Shown piece by piece: positions 37,201 through 48,113 of a DNA stretch of 64,000 bases. Under the pieces are notes generated by a model. It had not been told where the DNA came from. It ran no database searches and worked only from the letters and a program-made list of their open reading frames with translations. Location: NCBI RefSeq assembly GCF_000315625.1, contig NW_005434670.1, forward strand, positions 1,008,258 through 1,072,257, read 5' to 3'. The stretch comes from Guillardia theta CCMP2712 (taxonomy: Eukaryota > Protista > Cryptophyta). Position 1 is the stretch's first letter. The number at the start of each line of letters is the position of its first letter. The position numbers and the translations under genes were made by a program.

Positions 37201-38564
37201 CTCTCGTACGAGTCCCCAGGTCCGATGGCATCGACGTCGACAGCTCTGAGCAGAGAATCTCGTTCTTCCTTGGACATGGCCAGCAGTGGAGAATCAAGAT
37301 GTTCAGGGTCCGCTGGAATGTCAACAGGGCCGCTCCTCCACCAACGGGACATCCAGGATCTCGATTGGTTCTTGCTGGACACAGCCTCTTGTGATCTCAT
37401 CTTAGACTGGGAGATAGCAGTACAACGAAAGTAAATAATGTCGGAGTACCCGTAATTCCTCTCCAGCTGGCAAAACTTGCTCTCATCCGATTTGCATAAT
37501 TTCCCCTTCCGGCGTTTGAGGTAGATCTCTACATAATCCAGTCGATCTCTCCGTCGTTGACGCATGTAGACATCAGAGAATCTCTTTCTCCTCTCCTTAA
37601 CGTCCTCGACCACCTTGCCTATCGCGTAATTCCACCACAACCTCGGGCTCTGAGCTACAGGAACCGAAGGCTTTGCCGCCTCCAACACGTTGAAGCTTGT
37701 CTTGCGCTCGAGCAGAGTCAGGAGGGAGAGGGAGCTTTCGACTTGAGCATGATCAAGAGTCACACTCAACACGGGGGTTTTCAGCTTGATCGTCACTTTG
37801 GGCCTGTTCACGTCAGGTTTGGCTCTTGGGCGGTCATACCCGATACAGCAGCTTGCACTCAGAGGTTTCAGGACGAGGTTTTTCTCCTCACTCAGAGGGT
37901 TTGTCTTTGACTCAGACGAGAGTGTGTCTACGTAGATGCTGCAGCCAAGCAGGGAGATCATCTTCTGGATATGCTCGGCAAACCCGGTGGCGAGGTCTAG
38001 ACCTTCACTGTTCTCGAAGGAGACGTTCTCGATGACCATCCCATATTTTGTTCCACGTGTTGAATCTTGAAACGAGAGATGTACATTGCTCACTCTGACT
38101 TCAAGCTTGTCAAGAAAAGCTCGATACATCTTCGGGACATTCTCGTCGGGCTCACTCTGCGATGTTTCAGCGTCCTGCTTCTTTGAGATGCTGTCGTCAA
38201 GCTGCATTTCCCATTCATCGAGCAGTTTCAGCTTGCTTGATAGCTGCCTCTCCTCCGCCTCTTCCTTGGAAATATCCCTCACGTCACATGTCTCCAGGGA
38301 GACATGAACGGTGTCCACGGAAAAGATCACACTCTGCTCTTTGTGCCAATCGATTGTGAAATTCCTGACCAATCCACTTTGAACTCGAAATGGGAGTCCC
38401 ATACCATCAAGGCAATCTTTTCGGATCAGGAGATCCTCTGCAACGAGCCTCCACACCGCGCCCGAGGTGTCACTGTGCAGGTTGTTGCGGTCCACCATGA
38501 TCCACCTACCCACATGGCGAGAGAGGAGCCAAGCGATGACTCTCTGCTTTAGCCACTCCAGCAT
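27749..38564 (-). CDS. VPS13: VPS13-family bridge-like lipid transfer protein with inserted tandem GRAM domains
   Basis: Chorein_N start MLEWLKQRVIAWLLSRHVG..LPFRVQSGLV; LEVRVSNVHLSFQD, PRLWWNYAI, LDVDMHAPSIYI, VDYFHHPTSLWKPAVEP, PYVITNN; VAB-like SPWTLENLT, NRFWLMNLTG, PHRLVNNT; C-terminal MQLDNQ; probable last exon GMLQGVKAGFSTLNNLSNNL*. Confidence 0.9.
28228..28343. repeat. (CTGCTC)n microsatellite, intronic
   Basis: Direct reading. Confidence 0.9.
30304..30431. repeat. 16-bp minisatellite (GATATGAAACGAGACA) x ~8 in a VPS13 intron
   Basis: Head-to-tail units without spacers. Confidence 0.95.
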
Positions 38565-38970
38565 CTCGTCCCTGGCGTGAAGCAGACCCTAGCACCTACT
38601 CTTGCGTCTTGAAACCTTCACTGCCCTCCCTTCTCCTCCTTCAGCAGCCCTCCTCCTGCCTCTTCGCTCCCACTCCCTGCAGAGCTTGTCCGCCCATTCT
38701 ATTCCTCCACAAAGTGTAACTGGCCAACCCCTTTCAAGATTGACCCCGCCTCCCAGAGCCCGCCTCAGCAGTGCCCTGACTGCCGGGCCGTGCCCGCCCG
38801 GGGGCCTCTCTGAACCGGGCCAGCGGCGCGCGACTCGTGACTGCCGGGCACGGCGCCAGGCGCTCACCCAGTGCCGCTCAGGCCGGGCCGTATCAAGTGT
38901 TTTAGTTATGTCACAGACAGTCACGATCTTCTCAGCCTGACACCGCAGCCGACGCGCCCTATCCTTTCAC

Positions 38971-40563
38971 CTACACCGTTGCGTCCTTGGGCAGAAGCGG
39001 CGCCGACTCGTTCTGCCCGGCCAGGTCAGACCCCACCCCGCCCGAGTCCCCATGCTACCGGGGCACCAGCTACTCACCACCGTCTTGGGCATCTCTTCCA
39101 CGCAGTCGTACAAGACGTCGTCGGTGTGAGGAGAGACCCACACGAGAAGCTTGACCTCGCAGTCAGAAGCTGCTCGCACACAGGCAAGCACGGCTTACCG
39201 CAGCCAGCACCTCCGCCAGCAGGATGACGAGAAAGACCGAAGCCCCCCACAAGTGAATGAGAGGCATGAGCACCAGCGGCATCAGCGCTGCGACCAGCTT
39301 CGTCGCCCCGTTGCCCAGCGACAGGCCCAGGTTGCGATGCGACGTAGGAAGAAGCTCTGCCGCGAAGATGTACATGGCCTCGTAGGGCAACACCACTATG
39401 AGCCTCAGCCCCATGCTTCCCAGGTGAAGCCACGTCGTCCCCTTGTCGGAGATCATGATCATGATGCCGGCGACCACGACAGAGGCAAGCGACAGCACGA
39501 GCAGGATCTCTCTCCTCCCCACGTGCGTCCCCTCCAGCGCCCAAATCAGCACCACCAGCCCCGGGATCTCGATGAAAGCAAGCTGGATCATCAGCCAGTA
39601 CTGGTCGAAGGCGGTGATGGTGGGATCTCGTTCCAGCAGCACAGGGTACGCGAACGACTGGCTAAACAGACCGACCGCCAGCAAGCTCCAGATCCCCACG
39701 ACCAGAGGAAGGATTCTGTTCATGGGAGGCTTGAACAGCTCCCCCATCAGCTGCCAAGCCTCCATGCTCGCCTCTGCCTTGTCGTGCTCCTCCTTGACGG
39801 GCCTGATAGCTCCCTGATGGAGAAGCTGCGACTCTGTCCCGTTGGTCTCGGCGATGCTCCTGATGATCGCTTCAGCCTCCGCGGTCCTCCCCTGCGACAG
39901 CAAGAATCTGGGGGACTCCGGGATGTAGAGGTACACCATCAGGACGGCCACGACGTCTGGCACGACTCCTGCGACCAGCATCCCTCGCCACCAGCTGCAC
40001 TTCTCGCAGTTCCATCCGTAGTACCCCATCAGCACGATCCCTACCGTCAGCACAGTAACTTGTCCTGCTACATGCGCCAACCCAGGGATGAGAAGGATGA
40101 GCCTTGAGCGGACGTTACAGGGAGAGAGCTCTGCCATGAGCGCGACAGAGGTCGGCAGCACCAGCCCCATGGATATGCCGATCAGAAAGCGCGTGACCGC
40201 AAGCTGGTAGAAGCTCTCCGACGTGGCGGATGCGATGGAAAAGGGCACGAACACCATGGTGTGAGCGTAGAGGATCGGCTTCCTCCCGAAAGTGTCGCCC
40301 AGCTGTCCTCCTATGATCGCCCCGACCACGAAGCCCGAGAACGACAGCGACACTAGAAGCGCCCTCATGCTGTCGTCTCCTCCCCACTCCTCGACGGGCA
40401 TCGCTCTCCATATCACGTTGGTCACCACCAGCTCCATCCCATCGCTGATGATGAAGAGGATGAAAGTCGTGACGGCCAGGATGTGGAACCTGCCGAAGCC
40501 AACGGCGTTGATCTGATCCTCCATGGTCGGCAGCTCCCCATGCTTGTCCTGTTGAGCTGACAT
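38971..40563 (-). CDS. SVOP/SV2-like MFS transporter, copy 1 (two small 3' introns)
   Basis: EDQINAVGFGRFH, DGME, MFS motif A GQLGDTFGRK, RFLIG, AELSP, IPESPRFL, AELLPTSHRNLG; spliced tail VKLLVWVSP...PKTV / NESAPLLPKDATV*. Confidence 0.92.
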
Positions 40564-41399
40564 GCCTGCGCGGGGCGAGCTTGGAGCTCAGCGAAAATAG
40601 AGCAGGATGGTGAGAGGAGAAGGATGTGTCGAGGGCTCTTGGGCTTCCTGCTGTTGTTCTCTTCTCCTCTGTCTTGTCTGCATATGTGTTGTTGAATCTT
40701 TCAAGCTCTATCATATGCTGCCATGGGTTCGTCCCTTTTCAATTAGCGGATGATGTGAAGGGGCCGAGGTCAAGTTGACCTTTTGCAAGTGTTAACTTCG
40801 GTAAAATTCAAATTCAACTTGAGGAATGCCCAAATCTTGTGAGGAAAGTTGTAAACTTTCAGCAATCACTTCAAAGCTTGAAACCGATCTATATGACTTT
40901 TAACCGCTTTGAAGAAAAGTCGGTGAGTGACTCTCACCGTCGCGGCGCGTCGGACCGTCCTGAGCATCCGGGCCCCCGGGCCCGGCCGGGCGCCGCCGGT
41001 GCCGGCAGAGACTGAAGAATCATCACGGTTTACTCAGAGGCTTGACCCTGACGGTCACTGTCGCACAGGCCAAACCGTGGCGCAGTGACGGCGAGAAGAC
41101 AAAAGATAACTGATACCGTACCTTCCGACTTCATTGCGCGCAGGGCCATCCGATCCGCATCCGCCAAGCCTTCGCCGCCGGAGCGATCCGACTCAGCAGC
41201 GCTTCCTTTATTCCGCAAATTTAAGTTAAAAATAGGCTGCCCGGCGTGAGGGCCTCGGGCGATCCGGGGTCATGCTCGAATCCGCCGGTCGGATCCAACT
41301 GAACTCACCGTCCGATCGGGTGACGGCACGGCACGCCGTAACATCACTGTCAGAAAGTACTAGTACCGTAGTACCAGGAGCCTTTCAACACGATCAGAC

Positions 41400-41430
41400 C
41401 TTTACTCAAAGTTAAGTTAAAAATCAGTAC
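41400..41430 (+). repeat. Copy of dispersed ~30-bp element
   Basis: ctttactcaaagttaagttaaaaatcagtac; a degenerate copy also lies at ~41206-41236. Confidence 0.9.
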
Positions 41431-41772
41431 GGTACGACGATCAGAACCTTCGGTCATCAGACACGTCTACAAGTGCTTTGCTGTGTCATATTGACCTGCC
41501 TTCCTTACCGCCGGTGGTACGGCCGGTAGTGCAGTACGGTACTACGGTACTATAGGCGGCCTCTTCATTTTAACGGGGGCATTATTGAATAATCAAATTC
41601 TATGGTGAGAAATGAAATTTTCAGATAGGATTCCGAGAAAATCTACTTTGATTTCATGAGGATATAAAAGAGTTTGTAGGGATAAAAGCTCCGATTATCG
41701 CCTTCTCATCCGTCGGAGCGCGGAACATCAGGGAGGGGGAGGATCGCTACGTCTTAAGTTTGTCCTCTGTTG

Positions 41773-42794
41773 ATGAAGACAGGACCCTCCCTTGTCACTG
41801 CCATCAGTCGCCGTGTTCCTAACAAGAGATCACATAGACTTATTCCAGCAGAAGCCCTCGCAAGTGTTCTTGTTGTAATTCTACGGAGCAACTTTCCGAA
41901 CCTCCCCTTGCAGTGTTGATGGGACAATCCAACAATCCGTGAAGAAAAGAATTGATTCGATTGAGTATGAGTGCTGTTATGCTCCATGCAGAATATCTCT
42001 ACTCATATGTGACAGTGCCCGATGGCGATGACAAGGTGCAATATTCGCCTCCTCCGGGTGAGGATTGCGACAGGATTTCTTCGGATCCCAGTGATTTCAA
42101 GTTGGAATATCCAACAACTGCTGAAGCTTCAGACTCAACAGGTGTCCTTCCAACGAACCGCTGCCCTCCTGCCCCTGGGTCCGTTTCGCAGCTGTCTGCC
42201 TGCGAGCTGGACCTGATGAGGCTACAACTTCAAGCTGCTTTCTTGAGTTACAGGTCGCCGGACACCACTCCAAAGCAGTATATCAGTCACGAAGAGCTCA
42301 TAGAAACCTTCAAAGATCTATCAGCCCCTGCTGCTGGTCATCACAAAGAGCGCGCCGGTTCTTGCTCCAGCAGTCGCCCGCAGAGGATTCAACGGGAATC
42401 AGAGGGGAAACAGCCTAGCAGAAGATTGTCGGCCAGATCCGATTGTGAAGGCGTTTATGGTGTGGTAGAGATGCGAACCAAGAAGGGCGCTCAGCGTCCA
42501 GAAAAGGTTAAGTGCACCATCGAATCCGGCAGGGGCAGGATGCTCCTCTCGATCTTCGGAGGTAACGATTACAAGGTGCAGATGGGTTTCGTCTACCTTG
42601 AAGAATCGTATGTTGCTTCATACCCCAGCAAACCCCCCACCTTCGCTGTTGGGCTGATGGCTGGGAATGTTTGTGTCGACGACAGCGAAGTACTTTTCAG
42701 CTGTCACACAATAAGTTCGAGGGACAAGTGGGTGGAGGCCCTCCTTCAAGGCGGCTGCAGAGTCAAAAGCAAGCGAGAGCAGGCAGGGAAGTAA
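41773..42794 (+). CDS. Hypothetical protein with C-terminal PH-like domain (start uncertain)
   Basis: 280-aa ORF; beta-rich C-terminus ending VLFSCHTISSRDKWVEALL, like the terminal helix of a PH domain with its conserved Trp. Confidence 0.55.
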
Positions 42795-43095
42795 AATACA
42801 GGAATCCCCGGACTTGGCCAAGTGAATGAAGCCAGGGTGAGGGTCAGGGCCGCGCAGTAAAATGGGCAGCCCCTTACAGTCCTCGGGAGTACTCCTTTGA
42901 TATCCAAGGGCAGTAAAGCACAGCAGATTGAGTGTTACTGCCATAGCTCAGAATTTACAAGAGGCATTGCTCATGAATAAAAGTGATGCGTTCTTTGAAT
43001 TGAGTGATTCAGTCCCACGACGGATCCAAGCGTCCGTCCATCTTGTCAAACTAAGACCAGGCCTGATACGTAGCCCACGAGCCCTATCCTTTCAC

Positions 43096-44688
43096 CTACA
43101 CCGTTGCGTCCTTGGGCAGAAGCGGCGCCGACTCGTTCTGCCCGGCCAGGTCAGACCCCACCCCGCCCGAGTCCCCATGCCACCGAGGCAACAGCTACTC
43201 ACCACCGTCTTGGGCATCTCTTCCACGCAGTCGTACAAGACGTCGTCGGTGTGAGGCGAGACCCACACGAGAACCTTGACCTCGCAGTCAGAAGCTGCTC
43301 GCACACAGGCAAGTACGGCTTACCGCAGCCAGCACCTCCGCCAGCAGGATGACGAGAAAGACCGAAGCCCCCCACAAGTGAATGAGAGGCATGAGTACCA
43401 GCGGCATCAGCGCTGCGACCAGCTTCGTCGCCCCGTTGCCCAGCGACAGGCCCAGGTTGCGATGCGACGTAGGAAGAAGCTCTGCCGCGAAGATGTACAT
43501 GGCCTCGTAGGGCAGTACCACCATGAGCCTCAGCCCCATGCTTCCCAGGTGAAGCCACGTCGTCCCCTTGTCGGAGATCATGATCATGATGCCGGCGACC
43601 ACGACAGAGGCAAGCGACAGCACGAGCAGGATCTCTCTCCTCCCCACGTGCGTCCCCTCCAGCGCCCATATCAGCACCACCAGCCCCGGGATCTCGATGA
43701 AAGCAAGCTGGATCATCAGCCAGTACTGGTCGAAGGCGGTGATGGTGGGATCTCGTTCCAGCAGCACAGGGTACGCGAACGACTGGCTAAACAGACCGAC
43801 CGCCAGCAAGCTCCAGATCCCCACGACCAGAGGAAGGATTCTGTTCATGGGAGGCTTGAACAGCTCCCCCATCAGCTGCCAAGCCTCCATGCTCGCCTCT
43901 GCCTTGTCGTGCTCCTCCTTGACGGGCCTGATGGCTCCCTGATGGAGAAGCTGCGACTCTGTCCCGTTGGTCTCGGCGATGCTCCTGATGATCGCTTCAG
44001 CCTCCGCGGTCCTACCCTGCGACAGCAAGAATCTGGGGGACTCCGGGATGTAGAGGTACACCATCAGGACGGCCACGACGTCTGGCACGACTCCTGCGAC
44101 CAGCATCCCTCGCCACCAGCTGCACTTCTCGCAGTTCCATCCGTAGTACCCCATCAGCACGATCCCTACCGTCAGCACAATCACCTGACCTACCGCGTAT
44201 GCCAACCCAGGGATGAGAAGGATGAGCCTTGAGCGGACGTTACAGGGAGAGAGCTCTGCCATGAGCGCGACAGAGGTCGGCAGCACCAGCCCCATGGATA
44301 TGCCGATCAGAAAGCGCGTGACCGCAAGCTGGTAGAAGCTCTCCGACGTGGCGGATGCGATGGACAAGGGCACGAACACCATGGTGTGAGCGTAGAGGAT
44401 CGGCTTCCTCCCGAAAGTGTCGCCCAGCTGTCCTCCTATGATCGCCCCGACCACGAAGCCCGAGAACGACAGCGACACTAGAAGCGCCCTCATGCTGTCG
44501 TCTCCTCCCCACTCCTCGACGGGCATCGCTCTCCATATCACGTTGGTCACCACCAGCTCCATCCCATCGCTGATGATGAAGAGGATGAAAGTCGTGACGG
44601 CCAGGATGTGGAACCTGCCGAAGCCAACGGCGTTGATCTGATCCTCCATGGTCGGCAGCTCCCCATGCTTGTCCTGTTGAGCTGACAT
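43096..44688 (-). CDS. SVOP/SV2-like MFS transporter, copy 2
   Basis: About 99% identical to copy 1 at an offset of 4125 bp, with the same introns. Confidence 0.92.
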
Positions 44689-45229
44689 GCCTGCGCGGGG
44701 CGAGCTTGGAGCTCAGCGAAAATAGAGCAGGATGGTGAGAAGGATGTGTCGAGGGCTCTTGGGCTTCCTGCTGTTGTCCTGCACACGCGGGAGCAGGGAG
44801 TCTCGTAGCTGTCTTGGCTCTCCTCTGTCTTGTCTTCCTCTCCTCTTCTCCTCTCTCCTCGTCCTCACCTACTCGAGCATTCCAGTATGTCAGTGCATGC
44901 CCCTTCGCTTTTAGTCAACAAGTAAACAAATAAAATAGCAAGGATTGAGGACAGCAACAAGAATTACCCCATCGACTAGATAGAAGAAAGGCAGCGAAGG
45001 ACAGCACTTGGTCTCCTATTGCAAGTGACGCCGAGGACTGAGGGCAGCGAATCTCAACAGTTACTTGACTAGGCGCTATGGCAGAATAACTGACGCTCCT
45101 GCTCCCGTCCCTCCACTTCCTCCACTTCCTCCTCTTCCTCCTCCTCCACTTCCTCCACTTCCTCCACTTCATCCCCTTCCTCTTCCTCTTCCTCTTCTTC
45201 TTGTCTGCAGCCTCTTCTCTCCTAGCCGA

Positions 45230-48048
45230 GGATGTCGTCCTTGTCTTGCAAGCCTCATGCGCAGGGGAAGTACCTGAAACTCCAGGACGAGGACTGGGCG
45301 AGAGGGATCAACGGACCGATCTTCAGCAGGACGGTAAGACGTCCCAGTCTGTCACTGGGCATTCTCTTGTCCTCAAAATCTCAGACTCCTCGTCGGACCT
45401 TTCCCTATCTTTGAACTCCTTCACTCCTTCACTCCTCCCCCCATCCCATCCCCCCCTCGCCCACTTGCACTTTCTCCAGAGGCTCCTCTCACACCGTATG
45501 AATGACGGTCTTCCTTCAGCTCTGTGGAGGAGCCAACGCCTCAGGAACCTTGTTCAAGTGGGATGAGCTGCCGAGCCGGCAGAGGGAGAAGCTTGTGCAG
45601 TCAGCGACGCCGATCCCATGGCAGGTAAGAATTCCTTGCTGTCACTACCATTGCGCAGGAGGAGGTGATGAAAACTCCCGCAGGCGCTCGTACAGGAGGA
45701 GGAAGTTTCCTCTCCCTGGCCCCATCACCCGGCAGGGCTCAACAGGACGCTGCCTCCTCCCGACCCTTCGACCCTCTACGATGAGAACGGGAACCTGTTC
45801 AAGTCCGCCTTCACTCGCCAGCTGGAGGAGGAGCACTGGAGGATGAAGAAGTCGATGACGTCGCTGTCCATGACGACGAGCATTGGGAAGCCTCCCGGGT
45901 TTCATCGGCCGAACCCTATGGAGTTCACTAGGAAGAGCCTCAAGACCTTGCCGCAGCGTGAGGGAGAGGGAGAGGGAGAGGGAGAGGGAGAGGGAGAGGG
46001 AGAGGGAGAGGGAGAGGGAGAGGGAGAGGGAGAGGGAGGAGGAGAGGAGGGAGGAGGAGGAGGAGGGAGAGGGAGAGGGAGAGGGGCTTCCTGACGTCTT
46101 GGCTGGTGAACCTGAGGCTCGTCTTCTGCCTCTTGCTCGGCTGATCCGCTCGACATCCGTTGTGACGGATGGAGTAGACGATACGCTTCGCCTCCTCCAG
46201 CGAGACCTGCGGAAGGTTTGAGGAGAGAGGAGGAGAGGAGGAGAGGAGGAGAGAGGAGGGAAAGACAGGAGGAAAGAGAGGAGCGGAGAAAGCAAGAGGA
46301 GAGTGGAGGAAGGGAAGATAGTGAGAAAACCGGAAGGAGAGGAGAAATGGAGTAGAGCAATTGAAAGAAAAGACAAAGAGGGAGGAAATGACAAGGACGG
46401 GAAGAGACGAGGAGAGAGAGAGGAGGATGCTACCTCTCGAGGGGAGCCCTTGGCAAAGACGAGGCCGATAAAATCAGCACCTGGGAGAGGTTGAGCGAAC
46501 GATGGACAGATGAAACATTGCAGGAGGAAGAGGAACAGAAAAAAGGAGGAGGAGGAGGAGGAGGAGGAGGAGGAGGAGGAGGAGGAGGAGGAGGAGTAGG
46601 AGGAGGAGGAGGAGGAGGAGGAGGAGGAGGAGGAGGAGGAGGAGGAGGAGGAGGAGGAGGAGGAGGAGGAGGAGGAGAGAGAGAGGAGGAGGAGANNNNN
46701 NNNNNNNNNNNNNNNNNNNNNNNNNNNNNNNNNNNNNNNNNNNNNNNNNNNNNNNNNNNNNNNNNNNNNNNNNNNNNNNNNNNNNNNNNNNNNNNGAGGG
46801 AGAGGGAGAGGGAGAGGGAGAGGGAGAGGGAGAGGGATGAAGGGATGTAGGAAAGAATCATGGAGGAGACAGAAGAAGAGAAGACAGTAAGGAGTGCAGG
46901 GTAGAGCTCAATTACTTTGATGATACGACATGCGCAAAGAAAAGCAAGGAGAGGGAGGGAGGGAGGGAGGGAGGGAGGGAGGGAGAAAAGGGGTGGTGAG
47001 AAGGATGGGGTTGAAGAGGAGAGGAGGGAGAACAGGAGGCGCGGAGAATAGTTTTCCTCCCAGCTGACCTTATGAGCAGCTCATCGATATCTCTATCCAG
47101 AGCAGCTCAACAACACGATGAAGCCGCGGGTGCCTAAGATGTCTATCCAACAAGCCAGTCCCCCTCGCCGAAATTTCCCGCTAGACAACGCAGCAGAGGC
47201 AACACAAGGAGGAAGGGAGGAGAGGAGGAGAGGAGGAAGAGGAGGAAGGGAGGAGAGGAGGGTGGGAGGGAGATGGAGGGTGGGAGAGAGCAGGTGAGAT
47301 ATGCGGCTGACTGAATGCCCAGGTGATTGTGGATGGGAGCAGGATCGAGTCGAAGGAGGACAAGAAAATCCGACGGCTACTCATGGAGGACTTTTCCTCC
47401 CTGCTCAGGGTCAGGCCTCCTCCTCCTCTGCTCGTGTGAATGACAAGGATGGCAGGGGGGAGATTTGAGATCGCCGAGCCGCCTCAAGCGGCTGAAGAGG
47501 ATCTCGAGGCTGAGCTCGAAGAAGGAAGAGGACGAGAAGCAGACGGAAGTTCAGAAGAAACCGGAAGATGCAGCACGGAGGGTAACTGCTACCCTTGTCT
47601 TCCCAGCAAGACCGCCCAAGACGGCTCCACCCACTCACAGTCTGACATTCCTGCCGGAGGAAAGTCGCCAGCAGCTCATCGATCAGCTAAAGGACGAGTG
47701 GGAGGGGCACAACAGGATGCTACAAAGATATTCTCTGAGCCTTAATTACCTCGACTCCATTAGCAGAGTGAGTCTCCCCCTCTACCCCCCCCCTCCTCCT
47801 CCTCCTCCTCCTCCTCCTCCTCCTCCTCCTCCTCCTCCGCAACCCTTATGGTTGACTTGGGCGCAGGTGAGAAAGCGGGAAGAGGCTGAGCACAACATGA
47901 AGCTGATTGAGGACAAGATCAAGCTCCTGTCCCACCAGGTCTTCCTTCCCCTTCTACCTGCTGACCCTGACCGCCTTCACAGAACATCATCATCCACGAC
48001 CAGCCGCCCAGCGTCCGCACCCGCACCCGCACCCGCATGCGTTCCTGA
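45230..48048 (+). CDS. Enkurin-domain protein, multi-exon, spans a gap (5' part uncertain)
   Basis: LPEESRQQLIDQLKDEWEGHNRMLQRYSL..LDSISR/VRKREEAEHNMKLIEDKIKLLSHQ/NIII matches the enkurin C-terminal domain pattern. Confidence 0.7.
46544..46835. repeat. (GGA)n and (GAGAGG)n tracts around a 100-N gap (46696-46795)
   Basis: Direct reading; (GAGAGG)n also at 45960-46037. Confidence 0.95.
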
Positions 48049-48113
48049 TCCTTCTGTACCGCCCACAAAAACCTCGTCCTTGTGTCGTCCTCTTCTCAAT
48101 GAATAAACTTGTC

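Noticed and set aside
38935-44778. MFS duplication as a pure assembly artefact
   Set aside because: The copies have scattered substitutions, a divergent patch, different upstream sequence and a unique gene between them.
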